Positions 40,329-51,161 of a stretch of DNA of 64,000 nucleotides are shown piece after piece. The notes under the pieces were generated by a model. The model was not told where the DNA came from and ran no database searches. It saw only the letters and a list, made by a program, of their open reading frames with translations. The position numbers and the translations under genes were made by a program. The stretch is from a virus (taxonomy: Duplodnaviria; Caudoviricetes): the IMG/VR virus record IMGVR_UViG_3300025098_005131. One strand, 5' to 3'. Position 1 is the first letter of the stretch. Each line of letters starts with the position of its first letter.

Positions 40329-43300
40329 TTAACTCCAATCTACTATTATATTACTTAAATATCCTGTCCAATTTTCATTTGCTTCTATTTTCAAAACAAA
40401 GTATTCATTAGGTTGCAGGAATTTTTGTCCAAAAGTTATTGTATTTGTTGTTGTTTGTCCATTTGTAATAGAATTTGATAGGTTACCACTTAGAGAACCA
40501 TCGCTGTCATTATACTGTCCTGTTTCAAATGCTTTTGCAATATTTAGATACCCAGTTAATTGTGCATCGCCAGTTTCGGGTATTTTGACTGCTATTTTAA
40601 TATTTGTTGCAGAGAAAGCTGTGTCTGGGTCCACTATAACGCTACCGTTGCCTTGGAGTTGCAAACTAAATCCAGTTTTAGCATTCTGTGTAGTATTTTG
40701 AAATATTCTATAAAAACTCTTTGTTCCAGTAAATCCTGTATAATTTGGATTACCCGCTGGAGCATGTATGTTTACATTTGCATCTCTAAAGTCACCATCA
40801 GGATATCTAAGTTTATCGTCATACATCATTAAACTATCAGTAAGTTCTGCTGTAGAGTCCCAACTTGATCCACTTGCTGCTGCTTGATTATCATTTGCGT
40901 TTGCCCAGCTAGAAAGAAGTCTTCTTGTTTCGTTACTAAAGTCTTCTTCAATGAAAGACTGATTATCGGTACTGACTGTGTATTGTAAAAATTTATTTGA
41001 TGTTGCAGTTTCATTAACACCGCTTGTTATTTCGCCATTAGCTGCATTTAATGGATGCTTAACAGTCGTATTAACAGTAATGTCGTTCATGTTTGTATAA
41101 TTATTAACTGCATCTAAATCTAATATAGACTTAACATAGTTAACTTCAAAAATTGATACCACTTTTAAAACTTCAGACTCATCACCTAAAGCTGTTATAA
41201 CAGGCAAAGCTTTACTTCCAGCCCTTGAATTGCCAGGTAAAGTATGTGATCCTACATTTGTAATCGCATTATTATTCATACCTGTCAATAAAATAGATTT
41301 AATTTTTGAATTATTGTCTGCATCTGATACTACAACAGCATCAGATGATGAACTATAAATATTTCTGTACATGTTTTTTACGCTTATTTCGTAAGGTACA
41401 TTTGTTACTTTTTTATAATATGTAATTCCAGATAAGCTGTTTGTTTCTGTTGAGGATATTTGTGCAGAATCAATGGAATAAGTAGATGCACCATTATCCG
41501 TAAAATCTGGTGCATCTGTGTTATTATCATTAATCCACTCAATTGTATTTGATTCTTCGTCACCATCATCAGTAACATGAACAACTTTTGCAAAATTATA
41601 TCCTAATCTTTGATCTGCTGGCGTTATAACAAACTTTGATGTTCTATATACACTGTCAAAGTCTGGTCGATTATTGACATCTCTTGCAGGTGTAGGACTA
41701 GTTAAGTTTGTAAATCCACTTCCATCGTTGTTTAGTTGATTTCCTGTCAAATAAGGTCTAGTTGCTAAATTAATTGTGTGAATATCTTGACCATTAACAT
41801 GCAGCTTCAATGTACCTTTGTGTGATTCGCCTCCACCAAATGCATACTGTACGTAATTGTTTCCGTTAACATTTGTTAAGTCATTAATAAAACCTGTAAC
41901 TGTTTGGGTACTATCAAATATACCAGATTTATCCCCTGATAGGTCGAAAAGTGTATTTATATCTGCAGTATAATTAGTAAAATTATTGATAGTATTAGTT
42001 GCACCAAAAGAAAGCTTTCCGGTTACGCCTGCTTGTTCTAGATCAATATGCTCTACTTCTGGAGCATCTAATACATTACCTATTATATCAACAAAATTTA
42101 CGTTAATTGAGTCAACATAACCAGACCAATCTGCACTTGCAGTAATTTTTACCAAAACATATTCATCATTTAGTATGCTATCTTTTAAAATAGCTATTTT
42201 ATTATTAATTATATTTCCGTCAATATTACCGTTGTAAATTTGATCCCCACAAGATGTAAGTGTTCCTTCTTCATAATTCGACAAATTAAAATCGCTAGCT
42301 ACAGTAAGCCATTCAGACTCAGATGGATTGCCAGCTTTTGAAGGAATTTTAAATTGTACATTAATTTCATCGCTATTGGGTGTATTTGAATTAACAATAT
42401 CACTATTGTTTTTACTCATGTTAAACAGTAAAGCTTTTATTGTATTTCCACTATTGTTTTTAAATTTCCTTATCCAGACCTTAACGTCGTTATCATTGAC
42501 AGCACTATAGTCTGGATTTGCATATGAAGAACTTAGTGTGCTAAAATTACCTGAGTTTGGCAGATCGTCACTTTTAGGAGAATATAATCTTGAGTTATAA
42601 ACAATTAAACCTGTATTATGGCCTACATCATTACCTGTTAAACTTTCTGTAGAATCCCATGAACATGTATTTGACGGATCATCCACACCATTATCAGTCA
42701 AATCTGTTTGTGCATATGCATTTTTTAAATACTGTCTATATCTTTCATCATCAAAATTTTCTAATATTGAAGTACTACTAGCTGTCACGTTGTCTAAAAG
42801 AATGCCTGTAACTGTTTCATTAGTAGAAGCTGTTGTAACATTTGCTTTTATAGGGTGAGATAGCGAAAATCCTGTTGTAAGTGATTGATTTAAAAGTCTA
42901 TTACTTATTGGCAAAAGATCTGCTTCTTGTGACAAGTTAATTTGTTTTGTATGATCTTCACCACTTTCTGTATCAATAGCAGAGACTGCAATGCTGCCAA
43001 AATTTGCTATAGCATCAGGACTTTCAGTAAAAGTCATATTATCTGTTGCATATACATATTTATAAAAATTATCAATATCTGCAGCATAAGTTGCTGTTCC
43101 ACTTGTATGATACTGAATTCCTGAAAGATATTTACTACCGGCCATGTTTAACGATAAACTCTTGTTTGTGACAGAAATAGCTTCATTATTACTGTCATTA
43201 ATCCACTCTGCATATCCTGTTTCTTTTGTGCTTTCACCTATTACATGTTTTACTTGAGCATAGTTCCAACCATCTCTTTGACTTACAGAATCAACTTTCC

Positions 43301-46300
43301 ATTCACCCTGTCTATGTTTAAATGTTGGAAATTCTGTATCTGAAGCAAACTTTCCGTTAATTGCAGCTGTAAGATTAACAAATCCACTTCCATCTGCATC
43401 TAAGTAATCACCTGCACCGTCACTTGAAAGATCTACATCACAGTTTAACTTATTACCGTTTAACCAAAGCTGTAAGGCGCCTTGATCACCATTACCAAAG
43501 CTATTGTCTGCAAAGTTAACAATGTTATTTGTATAAGTGTCATTAGATACATCTTCATTAAGTGTACCTACCATTGACGTATTACCCGTATAAACACCTT
43601 TTCTATAGTTTCCGTTTGATGACTCTATTGCAAATATTTCGTTTACGTTTGTTGCAGCAAAACCTGAAATGTCTCCTGCAGACGAATAAGGCGTTCCTGC
43701 TGCAGACTGATCATTTGATGTTCCAAATGATAGTTTAATATTTTGTAATGCACTGTTTGCAGTATCGACATCAAATTGGTCAAGATCTGGAGCAGGTGAA
43801 GGTGCTAAAGCCTTTAAAACTTCATTAAATCTATCAATTGCAGTGCCTATTGTTGTTTTAGGAGTAAAGTCTGTAAATAGTCCATCGTCGTAATTGTCTT
43901 CAGCATTACCTATAATACCCACTAGAGTTGCCTCATTATTACCTGAGTCTGTAACAGTTGCAAGTTGCTGCACATCAAGAGTTGTTGATTGTGCTACTGA
44001 AGTTGTATTATCTGTGACTGTTAGGTTAACTCCTCCACCACCTCCTCCATTAATATCATCAGCAGCAATAAAATTATTTGTATTATCGTCCCATTTAAGA
44101 ATTTTTCCATTTGCGATTGTATCTAAGTTAATATTGACATTATCTAATTCTGCTATAGAAACACTAAAAGCATCATTAACTACAGCATCATTTGCGCCGT
44201 TAAACGAAGTAGTAATTGTTGATCCGCTTATGCTAACACCTGATATTGATGGTGCAGCTGCTCCAGCTGCACCTTGTAGACCTTGCTCACCTTGTATACC
44301 TTGCTCACCTTGTATACCTTGTATACCTTGCTCACCTTGCTCACCTTGCGATCCTTGCTCACCTTGAGCACCTGCTTCTCCTTGTGGACCTTGTGGACCT
44401 TGTGGACCTTGTGGACCAGCATCGCCTTTCGCTCCTTGTAAAGAAGAAAGAAATGCTGCTTCATCTCCTACATTCCCTTCATCTAGCCAAGATTGATATG
44501 CAGAGTCTCCTTGTGGGCCTTGTTGACCAGCATCACCTTGTAGACCTTGCTCACCTTGAATACCTTGAGCACCTGCTTCTCCTTGTGGACCTTGTGGACC
44601 AATATCACCTTGTATACCTTGAGGGCCGGTTAAGTCAATAGTTGTAAAAGGATTTAGTCCATCTATAAAGTTTAAAGTAAAAGTTCCATCATTATTTTCA
44701 GTTACTGAAGATATTCCTCTTCCATCTGCACCTGATTGTCCTTGTGGTCCTTGTGGTCCTGTAGTTGCTTCTACATAAACAAACTTTTCAGGATTTACGC
44801 CATCATTAACGTACTGAAGTATCTTGCCACTTTCTTTATCTGTATCATCTATCCCAGTTAGCTCAAAAATATCTGAAACTTTGCTAGCAATTGCAGTGTC
44901 TAAAGCTATCAAAGCAGTCTTGACAACAGAAATGTTTTCTAAAAAGTTTGTAGTATTATCGAATGCAATAAGATTTCCGTCATTATCTGTACCAATACTG
45001 TCTTTAATGTTTTGAAGATTTTGTAGCTGACCAGCATTTCCACCCTCAATCGTTGTTATTGCAGCATCTAGTCTTCCAATAGCAGAGTGGTGTGTATCTG
45101 TATTTTCAATAAAGTTTGTATTAGCATAATTTGGTCTAAGCCCTGTAAGTGTTAGACCCAAGCTGTTTTCAATAGAATTAATTTCAGAATTGATTCCACT
45201 AATCTGACTAGATCTTAATGTTTCTTCATTGTCAACTTCATCTTGAGTTAACTTGAGCTGTGTGTCTAGCTTGCTTAAAGCATCTTTTGCTGAAGATGCT
45301 GTGTCTATATAATTTGACCCTGCATGAGCTGAGTATGTACCATCAGCGTTTAAACCTACTGCAGTTTCAATTGCATCAACTTCTATCTGTGAAGCATTGG
45401 ATGCAGAAAGAGTTTCAACTGCAGTCATTTCTCCTTGCAACGTCAACATATCAGCTTCGACTGCGTCTAAGTCTGACTGCGTTGATTTGAGCTGTGTGTC
45501 TAGCTTGCTTAATGCATCTTTTGTTGAAGATGCTGTGTCTATATAGTTTGAATTATTATGAGCTGAATAAGAACCGTCTGGGTTTAAACCTACTGCAGTT
45601 TCAACAGCATCAACTTCTGTTTGTAATGTACTTAAACTAGCTGAAGATGCTTTAAGTAAAATATTTGATTGTAGATTTTCAATATCACTTTCAGCTGTGT
45701 CTAAGTCTGTTTGAGTTGATTTAAGCTGTGTGTCTAATTTACTTAAAGCATCTTTAGAAGATATTGCTGTGTCTATATAGTTTGAATCATTATGAGCTAA
45801 GTATGTACCATCAGCGTTTAGACCTATTGCAGTTTCAACAGCATCAACTTCTGTTTGTAATGTACTTAGACTAGCTGAGGATGCCAAACCCAACATTTCA
45901 GTTTGTATAGATAATATATCATCATTTGTAGTCTTTAATTCTTTATCTAGTTCTCCAATCGCTTCATGGTGGTTTTGTGTATTCTCAACAAAGTTTGTGC
46001 TAGAGTAATTTGGTCGCAAACCTGTCGCTGTAAGACCTAAGCTGCTTTCTATTGAATTTAACTCAGATTGTAAGTCTGCATCTGCATTTGCTCTTGCTGC
46101 TTCTTCTGTATCTAATTCTGCCTGCGTTGATTTGAGCTGTGTGTCTAATTTACTTAAAGCATCTTTTGTTGAAGATGCTGTGTCTATATAATTTGACCCT
46201 GCGTGCGCAGAATATGTACCATCAGCGTTTAGTCCTACTGCTGTTTCTATTGCATTGACTTCTATCTGTGAAGCATTGGATGCAGAAAGAGTTTCAACTG

Positions 46301-47558
46301 CAGTCATTTCACCTTGCAATGTTGATATGCTAATCTCAGCTGTGTCTAAGTCTGACTGCGTTGATTTGAGCTGTGTGTCTAGCTTGCTTAAAGCATCTTT
46401 AGAAGATATTGCTGTGTCTATATAGTTTGAATCATCATGAGCTGAGTAAGAACCATCTGCATTTAGACCTACTGCAGTTTCTATTGCATTAACTTCTGTT
46501 TGTAAGTCACTAAATTCAGATGATGAAGCTTTTAGCGCTATATTGTCTAAGTTTTCTTTTATTTTTACATCAAGTTTACTTAATGCATCTTTTGTAGAAG
46601 TTGAAGCATCTAAATAGTTTGAGCTGTCATGTGCAGAATATGAACCGTCATCGTTTAGACCTATTGCAGTTTCAATTGCATTAACTTCTGTTTGTAAATT
46701 TGATACGTTTCCTGATCCTAGAGCTGCAATTGCATCAGTATTTGTTTTTAATTGAGTATCTAATTTAACATCAGCATCAAACAATGAAGTAGCTGTATTT
46801 AAATAGTTCGTATTAGAATTAGCAGAGTATGAACCGTCAGCATCAAGGCCTGCGCCTGTTTCAATCGCATCAACTTCTGTTTGTATGGCTGTTAAAGAAG
46901 AAGTATTAGCTTTTAAAGAAATAGCATCTTCATTTACTTTTATTTGTGCATCAAGTAAAAACGTTTCATTTGTAATTGAAGATGCTGAATTTAAATAATT
47001 AGATGTTGTCTTTTGTAAGAAACCACCGTCATCATCAAGACCTATTGATGTCTCATGTGTATTAATGAGAGTGCTTATATTGTTTATGCTAGATAAATTT
47101 GTTGAAATGCCAGTTTCGTTTATCTTTATCTGAGCATCTAAGAGTTTATCTGCAGAAGGTGAAGAAGTCGGACCAGATGGGTCACTTATGTAATTCGTAC
47201 CAACAGGGGCAATATATCCTAAAGTGTTAAAGCTGATTAAAGTTCCTGATGTTGTTCTCAAATAATCAGCAAAAAGTGTTCCTTTTAATAAAACATCACC
47301 TCCAAATATTGTATAATTCAAAGAAGGTGATACACCGCTTTGTGCTGATGAAGTTGTTGGCGTGCCGTGGACATATAAAAATGCTGTACCTGAGTAATTA
47401 CTTGCATCACTTAAAAAGTTTTGCAAAGAAGCTGACTGTCCGCCATTGTTGTTTGTAGCTTGGCTTGATGGGTACATAAGCAAGCTAGGCTGTGTTCCAT
47501 TATTGCTGCCAATTAAAGCATTTGATCTCACTCTTGATGCTAAGAAGTCTCTAGACAT
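40329..47558 (-). CDS. Giant fibre/appendage protein (2409 aa) with coiled-coil repeats, collagen segment and duplicated C-terminal module
   Basis: About 11 EVxAxETAxGLxxDGxYxAH..SNY.D...[13 protein letters not shown] repeats, a Gly-X-Y run, then two modules of about 575 aa. Confidence 0.75.
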   Translation of the reverse strand: MSRDFLASRVRSNALIGSNNGTQPSLLMYPSSQATNNNGGQSASLQNFLSDASNYSGTAFLYVHGTPTTSSAQSGVSPSLNYTIFGGDVLLKGTLFADYLRTTSGTLISFNTLGYIAPVGTNYISDPSGPTSSPSADKLLDAQIKINETGISTNLSSINNISTLINTHETSIGLDDDGGFLQKTTSNYLNSASSITNETFLLDAQIKVNEDAISLKANTSSLTAIQTEVDAIETGAGLDADGSYSANSNTNYLNTATSLFDADVKLDTQLKTNTDAIAALGSGNVSNLQTEVNAIETAIGLNDDGSYSAHDSSNYLDASTSTKDALSKLDVKIKENLDNIALKASSSEFSDLQTEVNAIETAVGLNADGSYSAHDDSNYIDTAISSKDALSKLDTQLKSTQSDLDTAEISISTLQGEMTAVETLSASNASQIEVNAIETAVGLNADGTYSAHAGSNYIDTASSTKDALSKLDTQLKSTQAELDTEEAARANADADLQSELNSIESSLGLTATGLRPNYSSTNFVENTQNHHEAIGELDKELKTTNDDILSIQTEMLGLASSASLSTLQTEVDAVETAIGLNADGTYLAHNDSNYIDTAISSKDALSKLDTQLKSTQTDLDTAESDIENLQSNILLKASSASLSTLQTEVDAVETAVGLNPDGSYSAHNNSNYIDTASSTKDALSKLDTQLKSTQSDLDAVEADMLTLQGEMTAVETLSASNASQIEVDAIETAVGLNADGTYSAHAGSNYIDTASSAKDALSKLDTQLKLTQDEVDNEETLRSSQISGINSEINSIENSLGLTLTGLRPNYANTNFIENTDTHHSAIGRLDAAITTIEGGNAGQLQNLQNIKDSIGTDNDGNLIAFDNTTNFLENISVVKTALIALDTAIASKVSDIFELTGIDDTDKESGKILQYVNDGVNPEKFVYVEATTGPQGPQGQSGADGRGISSVTENNDGTFTLNFIDGLNPFTTIDLTGPQGIQGDIGPQGPQGEAGAQGIQGEQGLQGDAGQQGPQGDSAYQSWLDEGNVGDEAAFLSSLQGAKGDAGPQGPQGPQGPQGEAGAQGEQGSQGEQGEQGIQGIQGEQGIQGEQGLQGAAGAAAPSISGVSISGSTITTSFNGANDAVVNDAFSVSIAELDNVNINLDTIANGKILKWDDNTNNFIAADDINGGGGGGVNLTVTDNTTSVAQSTTLDVQQLATVTDSGNNEATLVGIIGNAEDNYDDGLFTDFTPKTTIGTAIDRFNEVLKALAPSPAPDLDQFDVDTANSALQNIKLSFGTSNDQSAAGTPYSSAGDISGFAATNVNEIFAIESSNGNYRKGVYTGNTSMVGTLNEDVSNDTYTNNIVNFADNSFGNGDQGALQLWLNGNKLNCDVDLSSDGAGDYLDADGSGFVNLTAAINGKFASDTEFPTFKHRQGEWKVDSVSQRDGWNYAQVKHVIGESTKETGYAEWINDSNNEAISVTNKSLSLNMAGSKYLSGIQYHTSGTATYAADIDNFYKYVYATDNMTFTESPDAIANFGSIAVSAIDTESGEDHTKQINLSQEADLLPISNRLLNQSLTTGFSLSHPIKANVTTASTNETVTGILLDNVTASSTSILENFDDERYRQYLKNAYAQTDLTDNGVDDPSNTCSWDSTESLTGNDVGHNTGLIVYNSRLYSPKSDDLPNSGNFSTLSSSYANPDYSAVNDNDVKVWIRKFKNNSGNTIKALLFNMSKNNSDIVNSNTPNSDEINVQFKIPSKAGNPSESEWLTVASDFNLSNYEEGTLTSCGDQIYNGNIDGNIINNKIAILKDSILNDEYVLVKITASADWSGYVDSINVNFVDIIGNVLDAPEVEHIDLEQAGVTGKLSFGATNTINNFTNYTADINTLFDLSGDKSGIFDSTQTVTGFINDLTNVNGNNYVQYAFGGGESHKGTLKLHVNGQDIHTINLATRPYLTGNQLNNDGSGFTNLTSPTPARDVNNRPDFDSVYRTSKFVITPADQRLGYNFAKVVHVTDDGDEESNTIEWINDNNTDAPDFTDNGASTYSIDSAQISSTETNSLSGITYYKKVTNVPYEISVKNMYRNIYSSSSDAVVVSDADNNSKIKSILLTGMNNNAITNVGSHTLPGNSRAGSKALPVITALGDESEVLKVVSIFEVNYVKSILDLDAVNNYTNMNDITVNTTVKHPLNAANGEITSGVNETATSNKFLQYTVSTDNQSFIEEDFSNETRRLLSSWANANDNQAAASGSSWDSTAELTDSLMMYDDKLRYPDGDFRDANVNIHAPAGNPNYTGFTGTKSFYRIFQNTTQNAKTGFSLQLQGNGSVIVDPDTAFSATNIKIAVKIPETGDAQLTGYLNIAKAFETGQYNDSDGSLSGNLSNSITNGQTTTNTITFGQKFLQPNEYFVLKIEANENWTGYLSNIIVDWS
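44255..44760 (-). repeat. Collagen-like Gly-X-Y repeats (GPQ/GEQ/GIQ)
   Basis: [31 protein letters not shown]..., with 9-bp units such as CCTTGTGGA and CCTTGCTCA on the plus strand. Confidence 0.9.
44885..47060 (-). repeat. About 11 coiled-coil/turn repeats
   Basis: Repeats counted in the translation. Units 4-6 and 8-10 form a higher-order duplication (both end in [14 protein letters not shown]...HH.AIG.LD). Confidence 0.85.
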
Positions 47559-47581
47559 GTTTTAATCCTATTTATTTACTT

Positions 47582-47591
47582 TAATAATTAT
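47582..47591 (-). promoter_or_regulatory. Putative late-promoter motif ATAATTATTA
   Basis: 23 nt before the start of the 2409-aa fibre gene. Confidence 0.35.
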
Positions 47592-47666
47592 AAATCTAAT
47601 TTTAAAACGATTTAAAAATCTAATCTAAAGATAAATATCAAACATATAGAGTTATAGCGCTTTAAT

Positions 47667-48194
47667 CTATTCTAAAAACTTATTAATGTTATTGTTTAAT
47701 TTATCAACAGTTGATTGATTGTAATAAATTGCTGTTTTTTTTATGTTAACACCAGAAGCAATATAGTCTGCTAACAAGTCTATACTTGATGAATTAGTAA
47801 TTTTAAACTTACTAGCACTTAATTTTTCTACAAACAAAACAACATCAACAGCTATGTTTTGTTTATTTGCAGTACATAAAAATACTGGGTCGTGTATGTT
47901 TTTGTTTTTTATTGCTACAATTTCTGAACTATTTTTTTTGATTAAAACTTTGCTTTTTTCATATATTTCTTCATACTCATATTTGACAAGTACTTTTGAC
48001 AAAACAGGATTAACTGAACCAAAGTTTAAATTTTTATTATTAAAATACGTATTGCTTTCTAACGATGCAAATTCAGGATTTCCAAAACCATTTAAAACAA
48101 TTGAAGTATTACCAATTTGATCAAAAGGAGAACTTAAAAAATTAATATTTGTGTCACCAAATCCTACGTCTGAATAATTGACAATATTTTTCAT
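47667..48194 (-). CDS. Hypothetical protein with a small beta-sandwich (H-type lectin/gp53-like) C-terminal part
   Basis: 175 aa. DPVFLCTANKQNIAV..VEKLSASKFKITNS resembles the matching part of 50817..51143. Confidence 0.4.
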   Translation of the reverse strand: MKNIVNYSDVGFGDTNINFLSSPFDQIGNTSIVLNGFGNPEFASLESNTYFNNKNLNFGSVNPVLSKVLVKYEYEEIYEKSKVLIKKNSSEIVAIKNKNIHDPVFLCTANKQNIAVDVVLFVEKLSASKFKITNSSSIDLLADYIASGVNIKKTAIYYNQSTVDKLNNNINKFLE

Positions 48195-48203
48195 TTATTT
48201 ATC

Positions 48204-50810
48204 CTAGCTTAATGTATAAGTCAAATTAGCAACAAAGTTTTTATTACTACTTGATCCTGATGTCATGTTTGTTATTAAAAATGCTGTCCATAAACCGTCA
48301 CTAATTGTTTCACTTAAATTAGCTTCTGATTGACCAATCCCACTATAAGGTGAGCTGCTATCTTGATTTACTATAGAAATTGTTTGCTCGCTAATTAAAG
48401 AAGTGCCCTTGTTAGTCTTAAAATTAGTATCAGATGCACCAACTAGTGTCCAATAAATTTTAGAAGAATACATTTCTAAACAAGAAAGTGAAGCTTTTGT
48501 AATGTTTATTGTTTTTCCTGTAATATTTTTAAACGCAAAAATAAAAATTGACTTACCCACTACACCAGCAGTATACGAAGATGCGTAAGTAGTTTCTGTA
48601 GTCCATTCATCTGAATGCATATTTGACCATTCTTTTGTCTTATAAAGATCAGTTTTTTCCCAAGCAAGTTCATCAACAGCGCTATTTGAAACCATTACAC
48701 TATTTGAGTTGTAACTAAAACTTGAAGGCAGCTTAAGTTTCCATGGAATCCAATTGTGAGGTCCAACACTTTCATTTAAATTCTTAACTAAAATATGACC
48801 TGTAGTTGAACTTGGAGAAGTGCTGCTGTCGTAAAAAGGAATGTCATAAGTCTGACTCATAGCATCATGTACTGCATTTAACTTAAAGTCTGAAGAACTC
48901 ATTGCAGGAGGAATTCTAAAATAGTTTCCGTTAGTATATACTTTGTTTACGTGAATTTTATTTATTTGACGATTATCACTAGCATTTCCCATACTATCAT
49001 AAAAGCCTAAATTAAATGTATCTGTTTTACCTGGTGTTAAGTTTCCGCTTTCATCAATTTTCCATACAGGTGTAGGTATAGATGAAAAAACAGAGCTATC
49101 TGATGAAACCTCTGTATAAAAATTTACACTACCATCAGATCCTGTATCTACTGTTTCAACTTTTGAATTGCCCTCACTAATATTATCAGCAGCTGATCCT
49201 CCTCCTGATATTCCAGTAAGAAGACTTCCATCAATTGCAGGTAATTTCCCTGTTGAATCTAATTGTACAATATTATTAGCGCTAGTGCCTACATTTAAAG
49301 TAGCACTTGTTCCAAGATCTGATATTTCACTTGCTGTAATATTAGAATATTCTACAGAACTTCCGTCTACACTGTCATAAGAAAACTTTAAGTATTTGTT
49401 GTTATTCTCTGAACCTCCATCGACAGGTAATATATAAGGATCAGCGCTACCAATTATTATTGAATTTGTTGTTACACTATCATTAACTTCTAGTCTATTA
49501 GTGTTTATAGTGTTGTCACACTTTATACCTACATCAAAAGCGCTGCCTGATCCTATCCACAATTTTAAAAATCTATTAGAATCAGAGCCCAATTCTACAT
49601 TAGCAGTATTTTCAGGAACTAAACTATAATTATTTGCTATTGTTAGTATGCTATTAGACGAAGATAGACCGCTTAAACTACTGCCACCACTATTGTCATC
49701 TCCAGCGTCCCAACGACTCTCACTGTCATCCCACTTAAGAACTTGACCGTCTGTAGGAGCTATACTACTATATACATTAGACAAACTATTAAGATTAGCT
49801 GCACCAATGCGTGCATCTGCACGAGCATTAGTATAATACAAGTTAGATGAACCTTCAGACAAATTATCAGTAGTTGATGCTGACTCCGCAACTAATTTAA
49901 TCCAACTGCCTCCATGTGCAAAATATGCCTTTCCTGTAGCATGGACGTGTGCAAACATACCATGATATGTTGCTGCTGATGGTAGGTCTGCTTCAGTTGC
50001 ATATACATTTGAAAAAAGAATTTTTCCTGTTGTAGTTAAATTAAATGCTTGGCAATCTAAGTTTCCTCCTAATTGAGGTGTTGTATCATCAACTAGATTG
50101 AAACTAAAAGAACCAAGAGTTTCTGGTTTCCAAGAGCTTATAGAAGAGTCCCAAGACAAAACTTGACCACTTGTAGGAGAGGTACTGCTTACATTAGTTA
50201 AGCTTTCAAGTGATACATTACTTAACTCAGCAGCGCTAACGCTATTAAAAGATAAGTTCCCTTGCCCATCTGTTATTAAAATTTGACCTGAAGTGCCATC
50301 TGTACTTGGTAATGTAAGGGTTAAAGAATTAGATATTTTAATACTGTTAATTGACTTTTGTGTATTGTCAACAACATCAACTAATTTATCGTATTTTTCT
50401 TTCCAGTTTCTCTGGAAAGCTGCAGGCTTTTCTAGACTGTTATTAGTACTTTTAACTGATATGTTTACGAAATTTCTTTCATCTGCACTTAGAGGATTAG
50501 TACCAGACTTTGTTGAAGGTATAGCAATATTAGTTGCTATTACAAATATTCTATATGTACCCCAAGTATCAATTGAGTTAATCAGTACAGTGCTTTTGTT
50601 TGCAGGAGAACTAGAATCATCAATAGATACAGAAGATCCTGTAGGTTTGTCAACAAAATACCACTCATAATTGAAGTCCGCAACATTTAAAGCACCACTA
50701 TCTGTATCATGTATTTCTGATATTGTCAAAGACTTTGTTAAGCTAGCACCGACTTGACTTTGTTGAACTTCATTACCAGCTGCTGCAATTATTGATAAAT
50801 AAATTGACAT
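48204..50810 (-). CDS. Tail-fibre-like protein (868 aa)
   Basis: Repeated L..V....PT.GQVL.WD motifs, DTTPQLGGNLD, TDNLSEGSSNLYYTNARAD and VQLDSTGKLPAIDGSLLTG fibre motifs. GAGGA SD at 50821..50825. Confidence 0.75.
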   Translation of the reverse strand: MSIYLSIIAAAGNEVQQSQVGASLTKSLTISEIHDTDSGALNVADFNYEWYFVDKPTGSSVSIDDSSSPANKSTVLINSIDTWGTYRIFVIATNIAIPSTKSGTNPLSADERNFVNISVKSTNNSLEKPAAFQRNWKEKYDKLVDVVDNTQKSINSIKISNSLTLTLPSTDGTSGQILITDGQGNLSFNSVSAAELSNVSLESLTNVSSTSPTSGQVLSWDSSISSWKPETLGSFSFNLVDDTTPQLGGNLDCQAFNLTTTGKILFSNVYATEADLPSAATYHGMFAHVHATGKAYFAHGGSWIKLVAESASTTDNLSEGSSNLYYTNARADARIGAANLNSLSNVYSSIAPTDGQVLKWDDSESRWDAGDDNSGGSSLSGLSSSNSILTIANNYSLVPENTANVELGSDSNRFLKLWIGSGSAFDVGIKCDNTINTNRLEVNDSVTTNSIIIGSADPYILPVDGGSENNNKYLKFSYDSVDGSSVEYSNITASEISDLGTSATLNVGTSANNIVQLDSTGKLPAIDGSLLTGISGGGSAADNISEGNSKVETVDTGSDGSVNFYTEVSSDSSVFSSIPTPVWKIDESGNLTPGKTDTFNLGFYDSMGNASDNRQINKIHVNKVYTNGNYFRIPPAMSSSDFKLNAVHDAMSQTYDIPFYDSSTSPSSTTGHILVKNLNESVGPHNWIPWKLKLPSSFSYNSNSVMVSNSAVDELAWEKTDLYKTKEWSNMHSDEWTTETTYASSYTAGVVGKSIFIFAFKNITGKTINITKASLSCLEMYSSKIYWTLVGASDTNFKTNKGTSLISEQTISIVNQDSSSPYSGIGQSEANLSETISDGLWTAFLITNMTSGSSSNKNFVANLTYTLS

Positions 50811-50816
50811 ATTATT

Positions 50817-51143
50817 TTATTCCTCACTGTTTCTACTAATTATTTGCAAATGAACAAAAACATCTGGATTAGAAGGAGCTGGAGCTGAAATTTCTATTGT
50901 TACTTGTCCTCTATCAACGCTTATAATATAAGCGTTTAAGTTTTCATTTTCTGCTGTAGCTACACAAATAGGTGATTCTGTGTATAACTTTTTAAACGTG
51001 TAAGTTTTACTAAACTCTCCAGATAGATACTGTAATTTTACAGTCTCTATTATGTTTAAGTCTAAGTCTGCAAAAACAGGTTTTCTTCTTATCAAAGGAT
51101 AAGTTTTTCTAAATCTGTTGAGATCATATATTTTTCTTGACAT
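50817..51143 (-). CDS. Small structural protein (H-type lectin/gp53-like beta sandwich)
   Basis: MSRKIYDLNRFRKTYPLIRRKP N-terminus; TYTFKKLYTESPICVATAENENLNAYI..VTIEISA. Confidence 0.45.
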   Translation of the reverse strand: MSRKIYDLNRFRKTYPLIRRKPVFADLDLNIIETVKLQYLSGEFSKTYTFKKLYTESPICVATAENENLNAYIISVDRGQVTIEISAPAPSNPDVFVHLQIISRNSEE

Positions 51144-51161
51144 TGTGTATAACCTTTTTTA

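Noticed and set aside
44228-44641. Alternate-frame and antisense ORFs with HKV/LVD/HLV repeats
   Set aside because: Frame-shifted or antisense readings of the collagen Gly-X-Y repeats.
47559-47666. Longest intergenic gap in the fibre array, checked for tRNA/ncRNA
   Set aside because: AT-rich with only a short AAATCTAAT duplication; no cloverleaf or GC-rich stem.
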